Shown in pieces: positions 11,601 through 22,916 of a DNA stretch of 64,000 bases; within the stretch, counting starts at the first letter, position 1; each line of letters starts with the position of its first letter. The notes beneath the pieces are model-generated. The model was not told the DNA's origin and searched no databases. It was given only the letters and a program-made list of their open reading frames with translations. Made by a program: the position numbers and the translations under genes. Location: the NCBI GenBank assembly GCA_043228905.1, contig JBHGNT010000008.1:8370001-8434000 (forward strand). The letters run 5' to 3'. This stretch comes from Azolla caroliniana (Eukaryota > Plantae > Polypodiophyta).

Positions 11601-14098
11601 CGCTCGGCTACTCCGTTTTGTTGCGGAGTGTGTCGGCAAGTGAATTCTCGCCGAATTCCTTCCTTTCGGAGATACGCCGTGAAATCGTCCGAGAAGTACT
11701 CCTTTCCGCCATCCGATCGAAGGCATCGTACATGTCTGCCCGTGGCTTTCTCGACTTCATTCTTGAAATTTTGGAAGTGTTCGAACACTTCACTCTTTTG
11801 CCGCATCGGGTAGATCCAAGTGTGCCTAGAGAAGTTGTCGATGAAGAGCACGTAATATCGGCATCCGCCAAATGTAGCCGTCTGCGCCGGTCCCCATACG
11901 TCGGAATGGACTACGTCGAGTAGACCTTTGCTCACGTTCCGCTCTTTCGGGAATGGGTGTCGGTGTTGCTTGCCGAATTGGCACGCTTCGCATACACCTT
12001 CAATTTCCCTCTCTTTGAATGTCGGGAGTCCAATGACGACTCCTTTCGATTTCATTGCTTTGAGTTTGTTGAGATTGATGTGGCCAATTCGCTTGTGCCA
12101 TAACTCTATGTCGGAGTCGGCTTTTGTGTTTTTCGCGAACATGGCGGATTTCATCTCGTGTGAATCGAGAATGAATATCCGGCCCTCTCTTCGTCCGCGT
12201 GCGATGAGTCGACCCTCTTTTTCGATGAAGCAACCACCTTGATTAAATCGAACTTGCATCCCTGGCTCTACAATTTGGCCGACGGAGACCAAATTCTTCG
12301 TAATGGTCGGTACATGCAAGACATTTTTAATGTAATTTTGCTTACCTTCTTTTCCGAACAGAACATTGCCAATGTGCTGAATCGGGTGCGTAGTGTCGTC
12401 TCCGGTTTTGACATAGTCGGGTCGGTCCAGCTCTCGAAGTTCTCGGAACCATTCTTGATGCGATGTCATATTGTTCGAGGCACCGGAATCGACGAACCAT
12501 ACATCTTCCGAACCGGAGGCACTAGTTGAGGTAGCGGTCGACATAGAGTTTGCTCTATGTTTCATCATGAACATTCCGCCACGGTCGGAGTTGTGCGCAT
12601 ACATTCCGCCACGATCTTCGTAGTCAGAGTTGTGCTCGTACATTTCGCCACGGTCGGAGTTGTGTGCATACATTCCACCACGATCTTCGTAGTCGGAGTT
12701 GTGTGCGTAATTCGTGAGTTGTTGGCTTGTGGAAGCCGATTCACGCATCTTCTTTCGACATTCTTCTTCGTGGTGGTCGAGCTTTCTGCAATATCCACAT
12801 TCGGTTGCGTTTTGACGGCTCAGGCCAGAGTGGAAGCTCCCCCTTCTTGCGAAGGTTCCTCGTTGGCCTCCGTTTTGCAGCCGAAATTGGGAGTTGTTGT
12901 CGTAGGTTGGACCTCGTCCGCGTCCTCTTCTTCCATTAGAGTGCGTGTAGAGCATGTGGCCTTCCGACTCATTGCTCCTTGTACGCACGTGGTTTTCTTT
13001 GACCAATAGCATTGATTGGAGCTCGAAGAAGGAGGGAGATTTCTCCCATGCTAGAACGGCGGTTCGCATCGTGCCAGACCGTGGTGCGAGGCCACCGAGG
13101 CATATTTGCACCATCTCATCATCATCTATACTTACGCTTATTGAGCCGAGCGAGTCGCAAAGCTCCTTGATCTTCAAGGTGTATGTCGTGATGGACATGT
13201 CCCTTTGTTGAATGTTGTTCAACTCTTAGCGGAGTTGAAGCTTTCTCGCGGTCGTGTTAGCGGCGAAAATCTTTCGTAGATTTTCCCACGCTTCCTTTGG
13301 CGTCTTAGCTTCTCGAATGTAACCGAGCATGTGGTCGTGAACACATGTCGCCAAACAATACATCACGCGGCTTGCGGCTTGCTCCCATGTTACGTATCTG
13401 GGAGCCGCTTCGGCGGGTCGGTCTTCATGCACTCCTTTGATGTAGCTCCAATAGCCTTATCCGACAAGGTATTGGTGCATCTTGTACTCCCAAGATGCGA
13501 AATTGTTTTGATCCAACTTCTCGGTAGGGAGAGCGCTCCCCATTTGAGTATTCATTATGTCGATTTTTCTTCTTCTTCTTCTCTCTTCGAATGCGAGCTA
13601 TGTAGCGAAGCTACGGTAGCTATGAGCCGGTTCTTGGTCGTCGGCGTAGAGCACAACACACAATCACGATGAGGCGAATGGGCTAGATCGAGCTACCAAA
13701 TCGCTCTGATACCATGTAAAGAATCAAGAGATGGATTCTTGTGAAGCGGAATAGGTGTGAACTGTGTGTGTGTGTGTGTATGAGATAGAGAGAGAGAGAG
13801 AGACACAGAGTATACGCAAGGTTAAGTATGTTAACAAAGGAGGAAGACTCAACATTATACAAGGTGGGAGGAGGGTGCTTTATGTAGTCACCCCCTCTCT
13901 CTTCATTAACTATAAGACTCATGGAGCATGGGGAATGTGAAAGCTCATAAGTTATGTGTCATAGAATATGATTCTATGACTCATACTAAATGCTAGAATA
14001 CAAAGTGGTGACTTAATGGTGACTCTTGACCGTTGGAGTGTCTATTCACTCTCAAGGTGAGTTCACACACTAGACCAAGTTGAGCTTGATTCTCAACA
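8548..14098 (-). mobile_element. Full-length Ty1/copia element A
   Basis: LTRs 8548-8971 and 13715-14098 (TG...CA). TSD GTGCT (8543-8547, 14099-14103). PBS TGGTATCAGAGC (13703-13714, tRNA-iMet). PPT at 8972-8985. Domain order gag-PR-INT-RT-RH. Confidence 0.97.
9244..13543 (-). pseudogene. Copia A gag-pol with a few stops/frameshifts
   Basis: MGSALPTEKLD start, Zn knuckle, DSGA protease, HSDVWG/ERKNR integrase, YVDD RT, TDADW RNaseH. Split into ORFs 13226-13432, 11066-13222, 10906-11109 and 9244-10662. Confidence 0.92.
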
Positions 14099-15593
14099 GT
14101 GCTATTGAAAAAATCCGAAAGTCTATCTCTCATACGCACACAACATATAACCTTCTCATATATTCGGGAAATTGCAAGCATATATGCACTTGGCACCTCA
14201 AGTTCTTCCATCCACCTCCAAAGATGCTCACGAGGTACCATATCAAAAGATTTCTTGAAGTCTACAAAGCAACAATATAAACCTTTACCTCTAAGGCGAC
14301 TTTCCTCCATTAATACTCGAAGAGTGACGAGATGATCAATGGTGCTATGGTGTTTTCGAAAACCAGCTTGTCCATAAGCTCTCTTACCATTTTTTTCTGC
14401 CCATACACTTATCTTTGATTCCATTATACATCCAAATAGTTTTGTCATTAATGAGCCAACCATGATGGTTCGATAGTTGTTTACATTATTTACATCTGCC
14501 TCTTTATGTAAAGGTTTGATCCAATTTGTAGTCCAATCATATGGCATACCATGTTGCAATGCATCATTAAACATATCGCATATCCATATATGTGCTTCCT
14601 TTCCCGTCCATTTGAGCATTTCAGCTTTTATACATTGAAGATTGCTTGCCTTTCGAGAGGCCAATTTCTTAAGTCCTATGCATATATCTTCAATTGTAAA
14701 GATGGGAGACATATGTGAAAGAGAACCATAACACATCATCTTTCCGGCAAGAGATAACTCATATAAATTCTTACAATGCATAGACAAGTCATGAAGAGTT
14801 AAGTCACCATAACTCTCAACACGTTTCCCCTTTAGATTTCCCCAAAATTTAGCACATGCATGTGCTTTCTCTTGCGTTTGGAGAAGTTGTTGAGTAACTT
14901 CCCATATTCGTCTCTTTCTTTGAATAAGCCTTTTATAGTCATGCAAATGCTTTTGGTAATTTTCTTTATCCTTAACTACATCCAAAACCATAAGGCACTT
15001 TCGAGCTTCATGACATTCTTTATCAAGCCATTTTTTCTTACATTTCTTGGTACAATTCCATGATGTGCGGTTGGTCGAAAAACATTTGTTTGTACAAGAG
15101 AGAATGACATTCTTAAAAGCTTCCCATTTGCATTCTAGTGTGGCATCATGTTGTGTCTTTGTCATTTGTAACATATCCTCAACCATCTTGGAATACATGG
15201 GCGCTCGCTTAAGATTCATGCTCAAGTGCGTTTGTTTACTATCTTCAATGACCTTCTCGCAATCAAACCTATGCATACATTTGAGATCAATACATAAATT
15301 CCTATGATCGGATTTTGGTGTCCGTTCCCCCGGTGAGAATTCATGTATACGATCCAAAATAGAGAGAGGAAAACGGAGTTATACAGAAAACAAGAAAAAA
15401 CAGTATTGATAAGACTAAGACAACCAACTGTTACAAGGAGGAGAAATATGTTTATGTAGTCACCTTCTCTCTGTATTCTCTTTCTACAACCACCATTTAC
15501 TAAAGAGAGGTGGAGACTTAACTACACTAAATATATGTCATAAAACTTTTAAGGTTCTATGACACCCTAGTTACTATATTAGAAGGTGGGGTG

Positions 15594-16019
15594 TGTCAGG
15601 AATAGTACTAAAGCAGAGATGGAATTAGTACTAAGAGGAGTAGTACTATTAGTACTAAGAGGACGGGACTACGTAAGATTCCCGAGAGAGAGGAAGTGAG
15701 AAGAGGAGAGAGAGGGAAATAGGATGATGACAGCAGCTCTTATATTATATGAAAGATAAGTACAAATCGGCTAAGAGGCTTAAGACTGGTGTTGAACCAA
15801 TTTGGTTCAAAACAATGCCTTGTGCCTCCTTTTATAGTGTTTTTAGGAATAACCCTGAAGCTTCTAGAATGTTCCAGAGAGATCTGGAATATACATCAAT
15901 TTTCTATGATAAAGCATAAATGAAAATAATATCCTACAAGTTACAATTCATGGTCTAATGGTAAGAGCTCAACCCATGTAGCATAAGGTCATGGGTTCAA
16001 GTCTTGCCATATCATGACA
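15594..16019 (-). mobile_element. Solo LTR (426 bp) inserted in the copia B LTR
   Basis: Termini TGTCA...TGACA. TSD GGGTG (15589-15593, 16020-16024). TATA-like ctataaaagg on the minus strand (~15828-15837) followed by a CT-rich tract. Confidence 0.88.
15944..16012 (+). promoter_or_regulatory. tRNA-like Pol III internal promoter within solo LTR
   Basis: A box TGGTCTAATGG (15951-15961) and B box GGTTCAAGTCT (15994-16004), 32 nt apart. No intact cloverleaf. Confidence 0.7.
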
Positions 16020-18855
16020 GGGTGTTCACACACTTGAATATGCTAAGGGGAAGTTGAGTTTGATTCTCAACACGCCCCTTCAAACACAACATTCGGTTGC
16101 CGAAAAATTGGTTCACACTAGTCTTTAGGTCGGCTTCGAATCGACTCCGGCTTTGGCTTCGGATGGCCGACTCACTCCCATGATCATTCCGCTCTGTTTG
16201 ACTTCAGTCGGATGATTCCTTATCCATACTCCCCCTCAAGCTCGGTTGGTCGGTAATAGAAAGACCGAGGTTCGTCGTGAACTGCTACAGCTTGTCAGCT
16301 CCCAGGGCCTTCGTGAAGATGTCAATCGTCTACAGGTTCGTGTTGATGTGTTGTAGGTCGACATCTCCGGCCAGGACACACTCTCAAATAAAGTGATAAT
16401 GCACCTTAATGTGCTTAGTTTGAGCGTGGAATACTGGGTTGCGGGCTGGCTAGATGCTACTCATGTTGTCGCAATACAGGAGAATCAGATTATTGATGGG
16501 AACGCCTAGATCTTTCAAGATTCTTTTGAGCCCAATGGCTTCACATGCGGCGATGGTCGAGCCCCTATGTGCTCAACAATGCCACTATCAGCTATTTCTT
16601 ACTACTCCACGAGATGGTTCCACTGCCGAGGGAGAAGAAGAATCCGGACGTTCATCGTTTGTCGGCATTGTAGCCGGCCCAATCGACGGATGTGTACCCT
16701 TTGAGTCAAATTGGTGTGGTTGACTTGTAGAGGATGTCGAAACCCATCGTTCCACTCACATAGCGTAGCACTCGCTTAACACAATCTAGGTGAATGTTTC
16801 ACGGTGTCTGCATAAACTAGCTAAGGAGGTTGACTGGGTAGCTGAGGTCGGGTTGAGTGATGGTGAGATAGATAAGGCTTCCAACTAGCTTCCAATAGAA
16901 AGTCGGCTCACCCTCTTCTATGCTGGAATCGGTGTCTAGCCTTATATTTCGATCGAGTGGGGTAGCAACGGGCTTACACTCTATCATCCCAAACTTGAAA
17001 GAAGATTGAGGATATAATGATGTTGGGAGATCATGATGTCATTGGGAGTCTGAATTACTTCTATACCTAGAATCTAATATAGCTCCTTCATATCTGTCAT
17101 TTCGAATCGGCTGGAGAGTAGCTTCTTGGTATGTTCGATATTTGTTAAATGCTCTCTTCCAATCACCAAGTTGTCCACATAAATTATGATGAATAGCTGT
17201 CCTTTGGAGTCATTTCGGATTAACAAAGAATTTTCAAACTTGGACATTTTAAAGTCAATTTGGTGAAGATAGTGGGTTATCTTCTAATGTCATGCTCTTG
17301 GTGCCTACTTGAGACCGTAGAGAGGCTTTTTGAGTCAGCAAATAGCAGTTGGATGTGTACTCGACTCGAATATGGGTGGTTGAACCATGTACACCTACTC
17401 TTCTAATTCGCCTTGGAGAAAGGTGTTCTTCACGTCCATTTGGTGGAGGTGCCACCCTTTGGCTGCTGCAAGCGCGATCACGGTTCGAATGGTTGTCATA
17501 TTTGTCACTGGGGCAAAGGTCTCTTCGTAATCGACCATGTGTGTCTGCGCATACCCTTTTGCCACAAGTTGGGCCTTATACCGATTGACGGTGTCATCGG
17601 TAGTGTGCTTCACCTTGAATATCCATCAACATCTGATTACCTTTTGATTGGGTGAAGAGGGGACGAGATCCCATGCCTCGTTTTTGGAGAGTGCCTGCAT
17701 CTCCTCATTCATCACTTTGACCCATCGCGGGGCCTTCGTGGCTTTGGAAAAAGTTTCCAACTCTCGAACTGTTGCCACCTTCATTAGGAATGCATAGTGA
17801 TATGCCATGTAGTCATTGTAGTCGAATCAGCTGATTACATTCTTCTCTCGGTTGGAGCAACGTGGTGCCCCTAGTGTCCTCATGCTAGGCACATCCAATC
17901 CACCATACTCATTGTTGGGTGAGTAATCCAATTTATTTCCATTTGAGTCTTCCTATTAAGGCATTTTGGCCTTTCCTTTGTCTTGTTTCAGACTTGGCCA
18001 CGATGTGCTTTGGTCGCTCGATGGCTACTGTGGCCCACTCAATCTGGTTGACATTGGACTTTCTTCTTATGTGGGCCTTAGTAGATCATCCTCCTCTGAG
18101 TCTATATCGAAATCGGTTTCGATTGGGTTAGATGGAGCTAAATTGATTGTGTACCAGGATGTTGATTCGTCGAATACGACATCCCTACTCACTCGTACCT
18201 TCTTGGTAGAGGGATTGAAGCACTTATACCCATTTGTTCGAGCGAGTACCCCATGAGTATACACTTCTCTGATTTTGGATTGAGCTTTTGCCGCTTTTCA
18301 TCAGGAATATGTACAAATGCAATAGAGACAAATATCCTAACGTGGGACAAGTCCGGCTTCTTTCCATAGAACTTCTCATGGGGGGTAATATCGTGCACTC
18401 TGGATGTTGTGTAGCAATTCATTAGATAGACGGCCGTGTTGGCAACGTTAGCCCAATATGATTTTGGAAGATGTTTCTTGTTCATCATTGCCCTTGCCAC
18501 CCAAGTATATGTTGGTTCTTTCATTTGGCTACTTCGTTTTATTGAGGTGTGTGTCGGCAGGTGAACTCCCGTTGAATTCCTTCTTGTCGAAGGTATGTTG
18601 TGAAGGCATCAGAGAAATACTCCTTGCCGCCGTTCGATTGAAGGCATCAGACATGCCAATCGGTTGCCTTTTCGACTTCGTTTTTGAATTTTTGAAAGTG
18701 AGAGAACACTTCACTCTTCTACCGCATTAGGAATATCTAGGTGTGCCTAGAGAAGTCGTCGATGAACGTCACATAATATCGGCAACCTCCAAATGTTGCC
18801 GTTTGGGCTAGTCCCCATACATATGAATGCATTACATCCAGGATCCCTTTGCTCA

Positions 18856-19150
18856 CGTTTGTGTTTGCGTATGAGGCTTGGTGAGCGAATTGCGGACGCG
18901 GATGGTGTGGGGCATGTTTGATCTACACCGTTAGATCATTATCCAAAAAAAGTGTGTTACTATAAAATCTATTTTTTGTTAACATGAGAACCCAAACTTT
19001 CAAATATTAGTAGCTTGGCTCACCTCAACAACTCGTCTCGATTTGTCTTAAAATAGTCGGCTCCAAATAGTAACCCAACCCCAATGTTCATTTCAGTAGC
19101 CTAACTCATTGCAGTAACCTAACTCCAATGTAGTAGCCTAACTCAATGAC
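18856..19150 (+). mobile_element. Diverged terminal fragment related to the putative DNA-transposon ends at 29513 and 53145
   Basis: cttggtgagcgaattgcggacgcggatggtg resembles gttggtgagggaatcgcggccacagacggtg. cccaaccccaatgttcatttc resembles cccaaccaaatgtaccatttc. Subterminal agtagcctaactc repeats. Confidence 0.45.
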
Positions 19151-19189
19151 CACGTCGCCTCTTATTGATGATAGTTATACATGCCCTCT

Positions 19190-19990
19190 TGATCCACTGC
19201 TTCCCAATCTAGTAGAGCTTCCACATCTCTCTCCTTCTCCCTCCCCCTGCTTTTGTGTAAAGCACTTCAAGCTTTGCCCAAAAATTGTTGTCCACATATG
19301 GATGGTCTAACCCCAACATTCTTCATTAAATATTGGGACTTGTAAAGCAAATTTATGTACAACATTCCAACAAATTATTCGTGAGGGTAATATGCCTTCG
19401 CATTTTATAGAAGGACCAATTTAACTTATCCCTAAATCAAACGGTTCTTCACTAGACATCAAGAAATGGTGTTTGATTACACTACTGAATATGGTGTATA
19501 AAATCCTAGCTAAAGCAATCAGTATACGACTTAGTACTATAATGCTTACAGTTGTACATATGACTCAAACAAGATTCATTCAAGAAATGAGCATTTTGGA
19601 TAAAGTTTATACATTTTGGGAATTAAATCTAATCAAAAGTTGGCCATTGTTATGCTTGATTTTGAGAAAGCTTATGATCGTGTTGACTATGAATTTTTAC
19701 AAGGTTTATTGGCTTGTTTTGGTTTCTCGAAAGAATGGATGAGAGGTATTTCTTCATTATATAATTCTACACAAAGCCAACTCTTACTGGTTGGGAATTA
19801 TGGCCCTTTCTTTTCTATTTCTCGATCAGTTTTGCCAAGGTTGTCCTTTGGCTCTCTTCCTGTTTCTGTTTTTTGTTGAGGCAATGATTTCTTTTTTGAA
19901 TGTTGGTGATATTGGTATACGTGGACTATGCATCCCACTCTCAAATATAGAAGAAGTAAGGGATGTTGAATTTGCATTGCCCTATACTTA
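19190..19990 (+). pseudogene. Degenerate L1-type LINE reverse transcriptase fragment
   Basis: ITLLNMVYKILAKAIS.RL, LDFEKAYDRV and QGCPLA motifs across shifted frames. Confidence 0.8.
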
Positions 19991-19995
19991 AAAGG

Positions 19996-22372
19996 TATTA
20001 ACAATTAGGTGATTAACTAGGGTTAATTAGTGACTAATTATGTGAGTAGTTAAGCAACGAAAGATTATATGATTTGTCTGTGTATGTGTGTGAGAGGAAG
20101 AGAGAGAGGAAGATACACTTATGAACAATAATATAAATGGGGGATGATTAACAAGAGTGTAGCTAAAGACCTTTCTCTATATTAATAAGCATCAAAATAC
20201 AACGATATCCTCAATGAGGTATATATACATCTCATAGGCAAGGGTGCACATGTGCGAGGAGAATATAGGTACAAAGGTGTAACTCCTATATTAAATGAAC
20301 ATGGGAGTGGAGGATCTACAATGTATCCCACTCAAGTACAAAATCCTATTTAAGGTGTTAAGGTCAACACACTAACTAGATTCTATCTAGGTAACTACTA
20401 AGTTATGTGTGTTGACTAACTAACTAAATCTAATTGAGCTTAATATCTCAACACGCACCCTCAAGCTCAAGTATGAGGCATTCAACATCTGCTTTGGTTT
20501 TCGTCGGCTTCCGTCCGGCCTTTGGCTTTCTTCGGCCTTTCCGAGGCAGTCTTGGTTCCTCCCACTCGAGCTGGTGACGAAAGCTTGTAATGTGAAATGG
20601 GTGAAGGCCGACTACTTCTACCCATCGTGGGTCACGAGCCGCTTCAGTAGAGCTCTCAAGCTCTTGCTCAATCGCTACCTTCATCGAAAAGGCATAACGA
20701 TGGGCCATGTACTCGTTGTAGCTGAGCCAAATGACAGGGTTCTTCTCTCTAGATGAGCGTCAAAGTTTTTTGCTTGCCGATATGAGTGCCTTCTTTACTT
20801 CGGGTGCCTGCATGATGGGTACACCAAACTCACTATCTAGTAAGGAAGCCGACACATTCGAATCACTATCGTCGAGGTGGTCGACTTCGTATTCGGGCAT
20901 CTTACCTTTGCCTTTGTCCAAACTCGTACTTGGCCGCAACGTGCTTGGAATGCTTGAAGGCTCATGTGGGCCACTTCGCTCGGTAGAGCTTGGATTGTCC
21001 TTTGGTAAAGGACTTGGCCGAATATCGTCCTCCGAGTTGACATTCAACTCTTCCTCGGAGAATTAGGCTTATACCAAGATGCTAATTCGTCAAAGACTGC
21101 ATCTCGACTCACCCGAACCACTCGGGTCGAAGGGTTATAGCACTTGTACGCCTTTTGCTCGGACAAATATCCTACGAGGATACATGTCTCCGACTTCGCG
21201 TCGGGCTTCTGTCGTTGTTCGTTCGGGATGCGTACATTCGCAATGCTTCCGAATACTTTGAGGTGTGACATAATCAACTTCCTTCTGACAAGGAGCGCGT
21301 ATGGATTTAGCTCATGCACTCCACTAGTGGTGCACTAATTCATGAGATAGACGGTCGTGGATGCCGCTTTGGCCCAATAGAAGTTCAGCATGTGCTTCTC
21401 ATGCATCATGCGTGCTACCTTGAGTATGTGCTGATTCTTCCTTTCCGCGACTCCATTTTGTTGGGGTGTGTGGCACGAGAATTCTCTCCGGATGCCTTCA
21501 CCTTGGAGGTAGGAGATGAATTTGTCGGAGAAGTACTCATTGCCTCCATCCGATCATAGGCATCGAATGTGCCAACCAGTTTCTTTTTCGACTTGGCCCT
21601 TGAGCTTTTGGAAGTGGGAGAGCACTTCGTTCTTCTTCTTCATGGGGAAGATCCACATGTAGTGGGAGTAGTCGTCAGTAAAGGTGATGTAGTATCGATA
21701 TCCACCGATCGTCAGCGTTTGAGCTGGTCCCCATACATCCGAATGTATGACGTCGAGGAGGCCCTTGCTTACGTAGCTCTTCTTCAGAAATGATAGTCGA
21801 TGTTGTTTGCTGAGTTGACATGCTTCGCACACGCGATTGACTCTTTTTGACTCAAAGGGATGTGTGGTGTCGTCTCCCGTCTCTATGTAGCCGGGTCAAT
21901 CCGGCGTTCATAAGTCATGGAACCACTATTGGTGTGACGTCATATGATGTGAGGCCTTGGTGTCGATGAACCACATGTCTTCCGAGTTGGAGGTGCTTGT
22001 GGAATTGGATGCCTTCATAGAGTTCGCTCTATGCCTCATTACAAATAATCCACCGTAGTCGTCATATTCGGAGTTGGTGGCGTAGTTTATGAGTTGTCGG
22101 CTTGTCAAAGCCAACTCACTTCTCTTCTTCCGACACTCCTCTTCAAGGCGACTGATTTTGCTGCAATAGTTACAAGTGGTGGGCCTCGTTTGCCGACCTT
22201 GTTTGGCATGGAAGCCCCCACTTCTTCCGAAGGTTCCTCTATGGCTTCCACCATCTTGATGTCGAAGGTTTGAGGTCCCTTCATGAGATGGGTCGAATCG
22301 ACCTCTTCTACTGCCTCGACCTCGTCCTCGGCCACCATTCGAATTCAAGAAGAACATTTGTCCTTCCGACGT
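19996..22372 (-). mobile_element. Internally deleted, 5'-truncated Ty1/copia with 3' LTR (19996-20453)
   Basis: LTR ends atctcaaca followed by PPT. Gag Zn knuckle (CNYCSK), protease (WFIDTKASHHM) and integrase (HSDVWG) remnants. RT/RH deleted near 20610. Confidence 0.85.
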
Positions 22373-22374
22373 CT

Positions 22375-22712
22375 ATGCGATGCATGCATGCATCGCATAG
22401 ATACATACTCTACATACATGCATGCATCACATAGATACAAACTCTACATACATAGATGCATGCATAAGATAGATACATGCATGCATCACATAGATACATA
22501 CTCTACATACATAGGTGCATGCACTGATTACATACATACTCTACATACATACATAGATGCATGCATTACATATATACATACGCTACAAACATACATGCAT
22601 GCATTGCACGCATACATACTCTACATACATACATACATGCATGCATTACATTCATTATACATACATGCATGCATTGCATACATCACAAACATACATACAC
22701 ACACACACAGAT
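22375..22712. repeat. Degenerate (TACA/TGCA)n low-complexity repeat upstream of Cpn60B
   Basis: Recurrent catagatacatactctacatacat and catgcatg units. Confidence 0.85.
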
Positions 22713-22916
22713 ATAAGAAATGAATGGATAAGCCCAGGCTTCTAGAACCTTCTCTTCCGCTTATCCCCCTACCTTCTCCACTGAACCTCTCCTCCTCCTC
22801 CTCCTCCTCCCACTAATCAATCAGAGACACACCTTGCCTGTGCTCTGTGTTTTAGGGTTTCATTCTCCTCTCTCAGACACACACACACACACAGAGCTCT
22901 CTCGCAGAAGCACCTC

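Larger units (their letters stand above)
7333..15360 (-). mobile_element. 5'-truncated non-LTR retrotransposon (LINE, RTE/RTEX-like ORF2), interrupted by copia A
   Basis: Endonuclease tail SDH (~15310). RT motifs QAGFR, FVDFKK, then FFNST|IGVK*GCPLSPTLFG rejoined across the copia insertion, LYANDV, FKYLG. C-terminus continues to ~7400. Both ends abut (GA)n. Confidence 0.88.
7250..18860 (-). mobile_element. Degenerate, 5'-truncated Ty1/copia element B; 3' LTR split into 7250-7332, 15361-15593 and 16020-16072
   Basis: LTR start tgtaaagaatc (7250) and end gattctcaaca (16072) match the copia A LTR family. Internal 16073-18860 holds decayed RNaseH/RT/INT (HQMDVKNTFLQG, YKAQLVAKG, KKPDLSHVRIF). 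Confidence 0.8.

Noticed and set aside
15944-16012. Functional tRNA gene (also 47895-47965)
   Set aside because: A and B boxes are present but acceptor and anticodon stems do not pair properly. Reported as tRNA-like only.
6966-20453. 6966 and 19996 LTRs as the paired LTRs of one element
   Set aside because: The 19996 LTR has its PPT and internal region on its right side, the two copies are clearly diverged, and there is no TSD or PBS between them.
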